A DNA stretch of 64,000 nucleotides, taken from contig CAWFIO010000005.1 of the NCBI GenBank assembly GCA_963815905.1, forward strand, positions 14,949-78,948, given 5' to 3'. How positions within the stretch are numbered: position 1 is the stretch's first letter; each line of letters starts with the position of its first letter. Below the pieces are notes generated by a model that saw only the letters and a program-made list of their open reading frames with translations, was not told the DNA's origin and searched no databases. Positions 27,796 to 36,057 of the stretch are shown here, in pieces. Source of the DNA: an uncultured Actinomycetota bacterium (GTDB lineage Bacteria; Actinomycetota; Actinomycetes; Propionibacteriales; Propionibacteriaceae). The translations under genes and the position numbers were made by a program.

Positions 27796-30423
27796 TCAGT
27801 GGGTCCGGACCTCGAGGGTGTGTCGTCCACGCCCGGTGGGCACGGTCACCTCGAGCCCGCGATGGGTGGTGCGCACCTGATAGCGCCGGGCCGGCTTGCC
27901 GTCGAGCAGCACCCGGGTCAGGGTCGCCCCGCGCGGGATGGTGTGTCCGATCTCGACGGTCCGGGCGCCAACGGACGCGGGCACCCGGACGCTGGTCCGG
28001 TAGCGATCGCCGTGATGTCGGGCAGTCACGGCGATGGTGCCGCCGCCGAGCCGGATGGCCGTGCCGCGGATGACGGTCTGGCCGGCCGGGACCTGCGGGA
28101 CGACGGCCACGCGGTCGCGCCCGAGATCGGGGCGAACACCGAGCCACTGGTGGACGACTGCCCACGCGGTGCCGTAGTGACCCCAGGCCTGCATGAACAT
28201 CGAGCGGCAGGTCCAGCAACGGTCGAGGTTGGTGCCCTGGTCGGGTGAGGCGAAAATCTCCGGCATGGCGCCCGGCTGCTCGTCCGGGGTCCCGACGGTC
28301 GCCGGCTGGCCGAACATCGGATCGGTCAGCGCCTTGAGGTAGCGACCTTGTTGGCTGGCCCCGAGCCGGCCGTAGTTGCCCTCGCCGATCGACTGGATCG
28401 AGGTGGTCAGACCGAAGACGACCTTCTCGCCCTTGCCGACCGGACCGCCACCGCAACCGGTGTGGAACAGTCCCTCGCTGTTCGGGGCGGTCCCGCTGAA
28501 GCAGTCGGTCTCCCGGGCGGCGAGCGCATCGCGACCATGGGCCCGCGGTGCGAGCCCGGGGACCGCTCGGCCGCGGATGGTCAGCTCGACCTCCATCGGT
28601 GTCTGGCTGATCCAGTGCTTCTGGAAGACCGGGTTGCCGTCGGCCTCGAGCGAGTCCGCGTACTGCTCGGCGGCCGCGTACCACCACGTTTTGTCGAACC
28701 GCTTCTGCAGGTCACGGGCCAGATCGAGGCTCCAGCGACGGGTCGCGGAGTCGCCCTCGGCCTGGGCCATGGCGGCCAGGTCGTAGAGCCCACGGATGAA
28801 ATAGACGCTGTTGTCGAGCTTCTCCGGGCCCATACCGCCGCGTTCGACGTTGCCCAGCCCCTCGGGCCAGCCGTCCTTGTCTGCGTCGAGCTGATCGACG
28901 ACGTAGCGCAGATTGCGCCTGCTGAAGTCGTACATCGAACGCATGAAGGCGTCGTCGCCGGTCCAGCGCCACATCAGCGCGACGGTGCTCGGGAACTTGA
29001 CCGTCTCGTCGGTGTTGAAGTTGTACGAGGTGGTCCCGTCGGGGTTCGGGGTGCGCGAGTCCTGGCCGAAGTAGACCGAGCCGTCAGCGGTGACCTCGTG
29101 GGTGACCACCCCGGACCGGTCGTTGAGCAGGTCGGAGATGTCGCGGAGCGCCTTCAGGTGGCCCTTGATGGCCTCGAACTGACCGACCGAGACCGCGGCG
29201 TACGCGGTGTATTCGGCGTCGGTGCCGAACAGCCAGGGGTAATCCGGATAACCGGCGCCGACCCAGTCCATCTTCGCCAGCGTCCCCGCCGGCTCCGGGA
29301 ACTGCCTGCCCTGGTTGGTCCAGCGCACCTTCAGGTTGCGCGACTGCTGGGTGAGGTCGGCGATGTTCTGCTTGCCCCAGTCGATGGCCGTCTCGGTCTG
29401 CGGGTCACCCGGCAGCGACAGCTGGGTATGAGCGGCCAGTGCGCGCCGGTCAGCCTTCTTGGCCGCGAGCTGCCGGGCCGGGGACTTGAGCGTCTTGCGC
29501 AGCTCCTTGCGGGCTTTCGCCGGGCCTTGGTCGGACCCGGCCACCCCGAGCCAGATGGTCTTGCTGGCGCCGGCTTCGAGCTTCACCGCGTACGTCAGCC
29601 GTCCGCCGGTCCCGTTGCCGAAGGGTCCGTCGTCACACATCGAGGGCTTGGGATCGGCCGGCGCACCGGGCTCCTGGCCGGTGCACCGATGCCCGTCGCG
29701 AGGACCCCAGAAGTCGTGGCCGATCGCGCCCGACGCGGGGGTCAGCGAGGTGCCGACGGCTGCGGCGTAGGTGTGTCGGACGCCACCCGGCAGCGTGCCG
29801 CGATCGGTGAAGGTGAGCCGACGGCCGTCATACTCCCCCCGGTCGGGCAGGTTGTCCTCGGCGTTGGGGCTGACGCCGGCGAAGCCCCAGGGGAACTGCC
29901 CCATCAGCTCCGAATGCGTGTCGATCGTGAGCTTGGCTGTACGCGACGCGCCGGGGTTGGTGACCTTGAGCCCGAACAGGGCGCCGCGGCGGCCGTCGGG
30001 GGCGAAATCGGTGCGCTCGACCTGCAGACCCGCGGTCGCGGGGAGGTCGTAGTGGGTGTAGCCCCAGCCGCTGGTGAACGTCTCCGCCGGGCCGACCCAC
30101 TGGTCGTCGAGCCCGAACCAGACGCCATCGACCAGCTTCATCGGCGGGGTCCACACCCCACCCATCTCCCCGGTGATGTGCCACCCGTTGGCATAGAAGC
30201 CCCCGTCGGCGAACCCGAGCGCCTGCGCCCGGGTGCCGGCGGCGACGACGCGTCGATCGGCCAGCCGTTCGGTCACCGACAGCGTCGAGGCATTCGCCGA
30301 CATCGCCGCGGGTTGCGCACCACCGGCCGGCGCCGCAGAGGGCTGAGCCTCCGCTGGAGCGAGCCCGAGGCTGGTCCCCACCAGCATCGTGGCCGAGGTG
30401 ATGAGCGCCACCTGACGTCGCAT
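27796..30423 (-). CDS. Secreted six-hairpin glycosidase / glycogen-debranching-like glycoside hydrolase
   Basis: Signal peptide; GAGYPDYPWLFGTD, DGWPEGLGNVE, GAMPEI motifs typical of (alpha/alpha)6 hydrolases. Confidence 0.78.
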   Translation of the reverse strand: MRRQVALITSATMLVGTSLGLAPAEAQPSAAPAGGAQPAAMSANASTLSVTERLADRRVVAAGTRAQALGFADGGFYANGWHITGEMGGVWTPPMKLVDGVWFGLDDQWVGPAETFTSGWGYTHYDLPATAGLQVERTDFAPDGRRGALFGLKVTNPGASRTAKLTIDTHSELMGQFPWGFAGVSPNAEDNLPDRGEYDGRRLTFTDRGTLPGGVRHTYAAAVGTSLTPASGAIGHDFWGPRDGHRCTGQEPGAPADPKPSMCDDGPFGNGTGGRLTYAVKLEAGASKTIWLGVAGSDQGPAKARKELRKTLKSPARQLAAKKADRRALAAHTQLSLPGDPQTETAIDWGKQNIADLTQQSRNLKVRWTNQGRQFPEPAGTLAKMDWVGAGYPDYPWLFGTDAEYTAYAAVSVGQFEAIKGHLKALRDISDLLNDRSGVVTHEVTADGSVYFGQDSRTPNPDGTTSYNFNTDETVKFPSTVALMWRWTGDDAFMRSMYDFSRRNLRYVVDQLDADKDGWPEGLGNVERGGMGPEKLDNSVYFIRGLYDLAAMAQAEGDSATRRWSLDLARDLQKRFDKTWWYAAAEQYADSLEADGNPVFQKHWISQTPMEVELTIRGRAVPGLAPRAHGRDALAARETDCFSGTAPNSEGLFHTGCGGGPVGKGEKVVFGLTTSIQSIGEGNYGRLGASQQGRYLKALTDPMFGQPATVGTPDEQPGAMPEIFASPDQGTNLDRCWTCRSMFMQAWGHYGTAWAVVHQWLGVRPDLGRDRVAVVPQVPAGQTVIRGTAIRLGGGTIAVTARHHGDRYRTSVRVPASVGARTVEIGHTIPRGATLTRVLLDGKPARRYQVRTTHRGLEVTVPTGRGRHTLEVRTH

Positions 30424-30571
30424 CCGAAACCCCCGTTCGACGGCGCCGATGCCGTCCTGATCGGACGGTAACCCAGGGCTCCGACATGTCGTGCGGCCGG
30501 GCCGCGGCCGGCACCGACGGCTTCGACGGCCTTTTCCGGCGGTTCCGGTCGAACATCCTGATTCAGGGCAG

Positions 30572-31153
30572 CTAGCGCTCGAGGTGGGCGGCGCCGAACG
30601 AGACGCTGAACCGCTTGCACCAGAGGGTGACGCTGGTCAGCTCGCCGAGATCGGCGTCGGCCGGGATCGGGTAATTCTGATTGCCCCGATTGGCTTTCAG
30701 CTTGCCCAGCTCGACATGGTCGTGATCGGCGAAGACCCGCCAGCCCTTGAAACCCTCGACCACGGGCGCCTCGCTCAGCCAGACCCGCAGATCAGGCCCG
30801 CTGACCGTGGCCAGGTCCTCGAACCGCAACACCCGCTCGCCGTCCGCGGTGCGGATGATCCGGACGCGGCCGGTGGTCGGGTGTTCGTGGGTGACGAGCC
30901 TCCCGGTGGCCAAGACGGTCGCGGTCGGACGTCGCGACTTACTCGGCGTCGGGACCGGTGGGGTCGGATCCACGGCCGAGGTCGACGGGGTCGATGGCTC
31001 CGCGGTGGCGCTGCGGGCGGCTCCCGGCTCGGCCTCGTCGACCGTCTCGTCGACGAACAGTCGCCATGGCTGGAACAACGCCAACCCGATCAGCAGCACC
31101 GCAACGGCAGCGACGGCGAACACGCCGCGTACGCGCCGCCCGGCTCGGATCAT
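30572..31153 (-). CDS. DM13 domain protein with N-terminal membrane anchor
   Basis: HPTTG, GPDLRVWLS, LGKLK...GNQNY, SVTLWCKRFSVSFG. Confidence 0.9.
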   Translation of the reverse strand: MIRAGRRVRGVFAVAAVAVLLIGLALFQPWRLFVDETVDEAEPGAARSATAEPSTPSTSAVDPTPPVPTPSKSRRPTATVLATGRLVTHEHPTTGRVRIIRTADGERVLRFEDLATVSGPDLRVWLSEAPVVEGFKGWRVFADHDHVELGKLKANRGNQNYPIPADADLGELTSVTLWCKRFSVSFGAAHLER

Positions 31154-31477
31154 GGGTCGAGACTAGATCTCCGATCCGGGCGGTGGGTCCGTCGATCGGG
31201 TCGGTGACCGAGCGGTAATCGGTCGCGTGATCGGTTCGGGTGAGCGACGATCAGGCGGCCGGCACCAGTCCCCAGGAGGCGTATCCATGGCGCGCCAGCT
31301 GGTCGCACTGAGCATCGGCGCGAACGAAGCCGCCTGGCCGGAGCGCGATTCCAGTCGGGCCTATTGCGCCGGGATTTGAGCCGAGGCATCGATCGTCGTC
31401 GGCGCCCTCTCCGGCGACGGATCGCAGGCGACCGGGCACTTCTAGAGCGCCGCCCCCGATCGGCCGTTGGTCGGGAT

Positions 31478-31613
31478 CGGACCAGGCGACCGAGGTCGAA
31501 CGAGTGATCGCGCTGGGCCCCACCGGGTCGACATCGGCCAGGACGACGTCAGCTGGGTCGTGCTGGCCGATCCCGACGGGCACGAATCTTTGGTGCCGGT
31601 GACCCCGGCGTAG
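31478..31613 (+). pseudogene. C-terminal remnant of a VOC/glyoxalase gene
   Basis: Reads DQATEVERVIALGPT, then shifts frame to VDIGQDDVSWVVLADPDGHE; no N-terminus or start visible. Confidence 0.65.
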
Positions 31614-32820
31614 ACGTCAAGAGCAGCGGCAGTGCGAGCGCCTGGAGCACCGCGACCCCGATGATCAGCGCCCTCACCGACTGCTCGTAGAGGGCTCCAG
31701 TCAACAAGCCGCCGCCCAGCGCACCCGCGCCCTGGACCGCTGCGAACATCCCGTACGCCGTGGCCCGCCGCTCGCGGGGCACCAGGTCGGCGACCAGCGC
31801 CTTGACCGTCGAATCCTGCAGGCCGAGCGCGGCGCCCCAGAGGACGACGCCGACCACGACAGCCGGTAGGGAATACCGGAAGGCCAGCGGCGCGACCGCG
31901 GCGACCAGGAACGGCAGCGTGACCAGGACGCGCCCACCGAACCGGTCATAGGCATGGCCGGTGATCAGCGCGGCGATCGCCCCCGCGAGCATGGCCGCGG
32001 CGTAGAGCAGCGGCACGCCGGAGATCGGCACGATAGCCTGCTCGACCAGGTGGAAACTGATCAACCCGAAGGTCACCAACCCAGCCGTACACAAGGCGGC
32101 GCCGGCCGCGAGCCGCCAGAATGCCGGCGGTAGCTGGAGGCGGGACGGTGTGGTCGCGACCTCCGCTGGTGTCGCCAAGGACACGCGCGGAGGCAACGGC
32201 ATGCGATGCCGGGTGACGAAGAGAAGCACCATCGTGACGACGGCGGGCACGGCAAGGGCCGCGAACGCGAGCTGCAGCCCGCCGAGATCGGTGGCCGCAG
32301 CCGCCACCAACGCCGCGACGGCCAGCGGTCCGGCGAAGGCCCCGATCTGGTCGAGCGCCTTGTGTACGCCGAGGCCGCGTCCCATCCCGACCTGGCTTGC
32401 CGCGTCGGCGAGCAACGCCGACTTCGCCGGGCTCCGGATCGCTTTGCCGGTGCGCTCGGCCAGGATGAGGCTGGCCGCGACGACCAGGCCGGCGGCACCC
32501 AGCGCCGGGGTGACCGCGAGCAACGGCACGCAGACCGCGGTCAGCGCATAGCCGACGATCGTGAGCGTCCAGTACCGCCCCGTCCGATCGGCCAGCCGGC
32601 CCGATACCAATCGGAGCAGCAATGCGGCGGCTTCGCCGGCTCCTGAAATGGCGGCCACGACGAACGCTGACGCACCCAAGGCCCCGAGCAGCGGCCCGTA
32701 GACCGACCGCGCGCCTTCGTAGACCATGTCGGCGGCCAGGCTGATCACTCCGAACCCGATGACGGCCCGCCACGGCGACCACGTCACCGTTCCACGGGTC
32801 TCAGCAGGAGTTTCGGACAC
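31549..32820 (-). CDS. MFS transporter
   Basis: About 12 hydrophobic helices, GRLADRTGR, AYDRFGGR. Start uncertain. Confidence 0.88.
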   Translation of the reverse strand: MSETPAETRGTVTWSPWRAVIGFGVISLAADMVYEGARSVYGPLLGALGASAFVVAAISGAGEAAALLLRLVSGRLADRTGRYWTLTIVGYALTAVCVPLLAVTPALGAAGLVVAASLILAERTGKAIRSPAKSALLADAASQVGMGRGLGVHKALDQIGAFAGPLAVAALVAAAATDLGGLQLAFAALAVPAVVTMVLLFVTRHRMPLPPRVSLATPAEVATTPSRLQLPPAFWRLAAGAALCTAGLVTFGLISFHLVEQAIVPISGVPLLYAAAMLAGAIAALITGHAYDRFGGRVLVTLPFLVAAVAPLAFRYSLPAVVVGVVLWGAALGLQDSTVKALVADLVPRERRATAYGMFAAVQGAGALGGGLLTGALYEQSVRALIIGVAVLQALALPLLLTSTPGSPAPKIRARRDRPARPS

Positions 32821-32935
32821 GTCAGCGAAGCCTATGCGCGTTCGGCATGCGGGCCGACCGGCTCATCCCGCGCTCCGACCACCGGAGGTCAGTATCCTCG
32901 TGGACAGATCACGGGCGTCGTGCTCCGATGAGGAG

Positions 32936-33379
32936 ATGCGCATCGACATCGCGACGAAGGCGTCGCCCGAGCAGGTGTTCCAGGCCCTGACGAACTTCAC
33001 CGACGCACGTCTGGAGATATGGGATCGCACTCTCGACCCGAAGACCTACGAGCTGCGGGAGAGTGGGCCGACCTGGGCGGTTGCGCGCGAAAGCAGCCCT
33101 CATTCGCCGTTCTGGGTCGTGCCCCGCTATGAGTGGTCCCGTGCCGGCGAGGTCCGTTGGACGATCCTGGAGAGCAGCTACGGCGGCGGCGGCGAGGGGC
33201 TGGTCCAGATCGCGGCCGGCACCGGCGGGGGCAGCCAGGTGCACGCAGAGTGGACCTACACCGACGCTCGCCCGATGCAGCGACCTGCCCTGTTCCTGAT
33301 CAACCACCTGATGCCCAGGATGATCTCCCGGATGTGGGCCTCGGCCCTCGACCGTTACGCGCACAACAACCCAGGCTGA
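32936..33379 (+). CDS. SRPBCC/START-fold protein
   Basis: RBS aggag before MRIDIATKASPEQVFQALTNF; polyketide-cyclase-like pattern. Confidence 0.7.
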   Translation: MRIDIATKASPEQVFQALTNFTDARLEIWDRTLDPKTYELRESGPTWAVARESSPHSPFWVVPRYEWSRAGEVRWTILESSYGGGGEGLVQIAAGTGGGSQVHAEWTYTDARPMQRPALFLINHLMPRMISRMWASALDRYAHNNPG

Positions 33380-33616
33380 CGGGGTGCGGGCTGGTCGCTC
33401 GGCGCGGAGCCTTTCGACGTCGGCGGTCCATGATCAATCAGGGGACCGCATTCCCACGCTGTGCGTGGCGATGTCAGCCATTCGATCAGGCAGAGGAGGT
33501 GGATCGACCTGCCGGGGACGTGCCTGCACGGCCCTGCGCCCTTTCAGGAACACGTGGCCGGCTCTGTCTGGGGCGAGCCCAAGGGACCTGCTGAGCCGGA
33601 TGGCGGTGGGACGAGG

Positions 33617-33690
33617 TGGAGCGGACGACGGGAATCGAACCCGCATATTCAGCTTGGGAAGCTGATGTTCTGCCATTGAACTACGTCCAC
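33617..33690 (-). tRNA. tRNA-Gly(CCC), CCA encoded
   Basis: Reverse complement GTGGACGTAGTTCAATGGCAGAACATCAGCTTCCCAAGCTGAATATGCGGGTTCGATTCCCGTCGTCCGCTCCA: cloverleaf, anticodon CCC, TTCGA T-loop, U73. Confidence 0.96.
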
Positions 33691-33806
33691 CGGGTCCGGG
33701 TGGGCCGGACCGACAGTGGAGTCTAGCGGCTCGGACGCAGAACTGTCAGACCCGGCTCCTACGCTGGCGGCTCCGACAGACCGACGAGCGAGTCAGGAGC
33801 AGGGAC

Positions 33807-34166
33807 ATGGCAGGAGCACTCACGTTCGGGCAGGTGGCGGTCGACGCCCAGGACGCCCAGCAGTTGGCGGGGTTCTACGCCGCCCTGTTCGACCAGCCGC
33901 TCGAGGAGGGCGCCAGCAGTCACTGGGCGCGGCTCGCCGGCCAGGACGGGCGGCCCTCGATCATGTTCCTCAAGGTCGAGGAGGAGCGGCTCGGCAAGAA
34001 CCGGCTGCACCTCGACTTCTTCACCACCGATACCGCGCACTGGGTCGACCGGGCCCTCCAGGCGGGCGCGACCCACCTCGGTGAGTTCGACGAGCACGGA
34101 GCAACGTGGACCACGCTGGCCGACCCTGAGGGCAATGTCTTCGACATCGGCCTCGCCCACGACTGA
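33807..34166 (+). CDS. VOC/glyoxalase-family protein
   Basis: LAGFYAALF, KNRLHLDF, WTTLADPEGNVFDI. Confidence 0.9.
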   Translation: MAGALTFGQVAVDAQDAQQLAGFYAALFDQPLEEGASSHWARLAGQDGRPSIMFLKVEEERLGKNRLHLDFFTTDTAHWVDRALQAGATHLGEFDEHGATWTTLADPEGNVFDIGLAHD

Positions 34167-34274
34167 GGCCGCGGCGCGAGGCCCTCAGGGTGGATCCCCG
34201 AGTCGACCCTGAGCGGCCCTTGACTTGTGCGCGTGGCTCTAGCCGGGTGGTAACACCCCGCCTAGCGTGAGGCC

Positions 34275-34949
34275 ATGACCGAGAGAATCGTCGAGCCCAC
34301 CGAGGTCGGGCCGATCGTGGGCGGCTCTCTGCGCGCCTCGGATTCCGACCGTGAGCAGGTCGCCACTGTGCTCGCCACCGCGTACGCCGAAGGGCGCATC
34401 ACCCGCGACGAGCTCGACGAGCGCACCGAGCACCTGCTGCGGGCCCAGACGTTCGACGAACTGATCCCGATCACCAACGACCTGGTGGTGATCGGCGCAC
34501 CCGCACCGACGACCGCGTCGACCGCATCGACGGCGTCGTCCTCGTTCTCGATCGAGCCGACCCCCGACGGGGACACCGACCACATGGTCGCGATCTTCGG
34601 TGGGGTGACCCGCAAGGGCACGTGGCGGGTGCGGCGGCGCACCCAGGCCTTCGCCCTGTTCGGCGGCATCGACCTCGACCTCCGCGACGCGATCTTCGAG
34701 GGCGAGACGGTCGAGTTCTCCGGGTTCTGGTGCTTCGGTGGGCTCGAGATCACGGTGCCGGCCGGGATGCAGATCCGCGACCAGACCGTCGCGATCTTCG
34801 GCGGCACCGACGTCCAGGACGTCGGAGACCCGCTGCCGGGCGCACCCACCCTGATCATCAAGGGCATGTGCCTGTTCGGCGGCGTCTCCGTACGGGGTTC
34901 CCAGACGAGCACCCGCGGCCACCAGGCCAACAAGGGCTGCAGGAAATGA
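34275..34949 (+). CDS. DUF1707 (SHOCT-like) + LiaF/DUF2154-like beta-domain protein
   Basis: LRASDSDRE...AYAEGRI...ELDER; AIFGG...G.W; ALFGGIDLDL. Confidence 0.88.
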   Translation: MTERIVEPTEVGPIVGGSLRASDSDREQVATVLATAYAEGRITRDELDERTEHLLRAQTFDELIPITNDLVVIGAPAPTTASTASTASSSFSIEPTPDGDTDHMVAIFGGVTRKGTWRVRRRTQAFALFGGIDLDLRDAIFEGETVEFSGFWCFGGLEITVPAGMQIRDQTVAIFGGTDVQDVGDPLPGAPTLIIKGMCLFGGVSVRGSQTSTRGHQANKGCRK

Positions 34950-35527
34950 GCGGGCTGGTCATGCGGGCTTCGGATGCCGATCGCGATCAGGTCGTCGGGC
35001 TGCTGCACGCCGCGTACGCGGAAGGTCGGCTGACCTACGTCGAACACGATGACCGGGTGGCCGCGGCCCTGGCGGCCAAGACGTTCGACCAGCTCGAGGA
35101 CCTGACCCTGGACCTGGTCCCAATGGCACCGAGTGACCCGTCGGTCATCGACGTGACCAGGACGAGCGGTGAGCCGGACCGGGTCGTCGCCCTGGTGTCC
35201 GACGCCAAGCGGGTCGGCCCCTGGCGGGTGGCGCCGGTGACCCAGGCTCAGGCCGTGGTCGGTTCGGTGCTCCTCGACCTCACCGACGCGACGTTCGAGA
35301 CGCCCGTCGTTGAGGTCAACTGCACGGTGTTCATGGGCGACGTCAAGATCCGGGTCCGGCCGGGCACGCACGTGCGGATGGAGGCCTCGGGGATCATCGG
35401 CGACACCTCGGTCCGGGGCATCGGCGAGCCCCGACCGGGGATGCCGACGGTGATCGTTCGCGGCACCGCGGTCCTCGGTGACATCAGCGTCCGGGGTCCG
35501 AAGCGTCCCCCCTTCTGGCGTCGGTGA
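34946..35527 (+). CDS. Second DUF1707 + LiaF-like protein (tandem paralog)
   Basis: ATGA overlap; MRASDADRDQV...AYAEGRL; GSVLLDLTDA. Confidence 0.88.
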   Translation: MSGLVMRASDADRDQVVGLLHAAYAEGRLTYVEHDDRVAAALAAKTFDQLEDLTLDLVPMAPSDPSVIDVTRTSGEPDRVVALVSDAKRVGPWRVAPVTQAQAVVGSVLLDLTDATFETPVVEVNCTVFMGDVKIRVRPGTHVRMEASGIIGDTSVRGIGEPRPGMPTVIVRGTAVLGDISVRGPKRPPFWRR

Positions 35528-35556
35528 CCGTTCGGATCGCAGCGGCCACGTAGCCT

Positions 35557-36057
35557 GTGAGCGCTATGGACGACCTCTTCGCACCGCCGGCGTACGAATG
35601 GAAGCGGCTCTCGCCCAACTACCGGAAACTGCGGCGGGTGACCACGCTGCTCGTCGCGCCGATCGTCTTCACCATCCCGGCGGTGATCGTCGGGCTCGCT
35701 TCGGGGCTGTGGTGGATCTCGTTCATCCTGTGGGGCATTGCGGCGCTGATCGTCGTCATCCGGTGGATCCTGATCGATCGCACCTACCGCTCCTGGGGCT
35801 ACGTCGAGCGCGAGGACGACCTCTACATCACCAGCGGCGTCCTCTTCCGCACGCTGGTCGCCGTCCCCTACGGCCGGATGCAGCTGGTCGAGGTCGGCTC
35901 CGGGCCCATCGAGCGCGCATTCGGTCTGGCCAACGTCACCCTGAAGACGGCGAGCGCCGAGACGAACGCCACCATCCCCGGACTCCCGCCCGAGGAGGCC
36001 GCCCGCCTCCGTGACCGGCTCACCGAGCTCGGCGAGGCCCAGGCCTCCGGCTTATGA
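35557..36057 (+). CDS. YdbS-like membrane protein with bacterial PH (bPH_2) domain
   Basis: Two transmembrane helices, then WGYVEREDDLYITSGVLFR, VPYGRMQ, GPIERAFGLA, IPGL. Confidence 0.88.
   Translation: MSAMDDLFAPPAYEWKRLSPNYRKLRRVTTLLVAPIVFTIPAVIVGLASGLWWISFILWGIAALIVVIRWILIDRTYRSWGYVEREDDLYITSGVLFRTLVAVPYGRMQLVEVGSGPIERAFGLANVTLKTASAETNATIPGLPPEEAARLRDRLTELGEAQASGL

Noticed and set aside
33380-33616. Integrase remnant next to the tRNA 3' end
   Set aside because: No tyrosine- or serine-recombinase motifs were recognised by eye in this interval.
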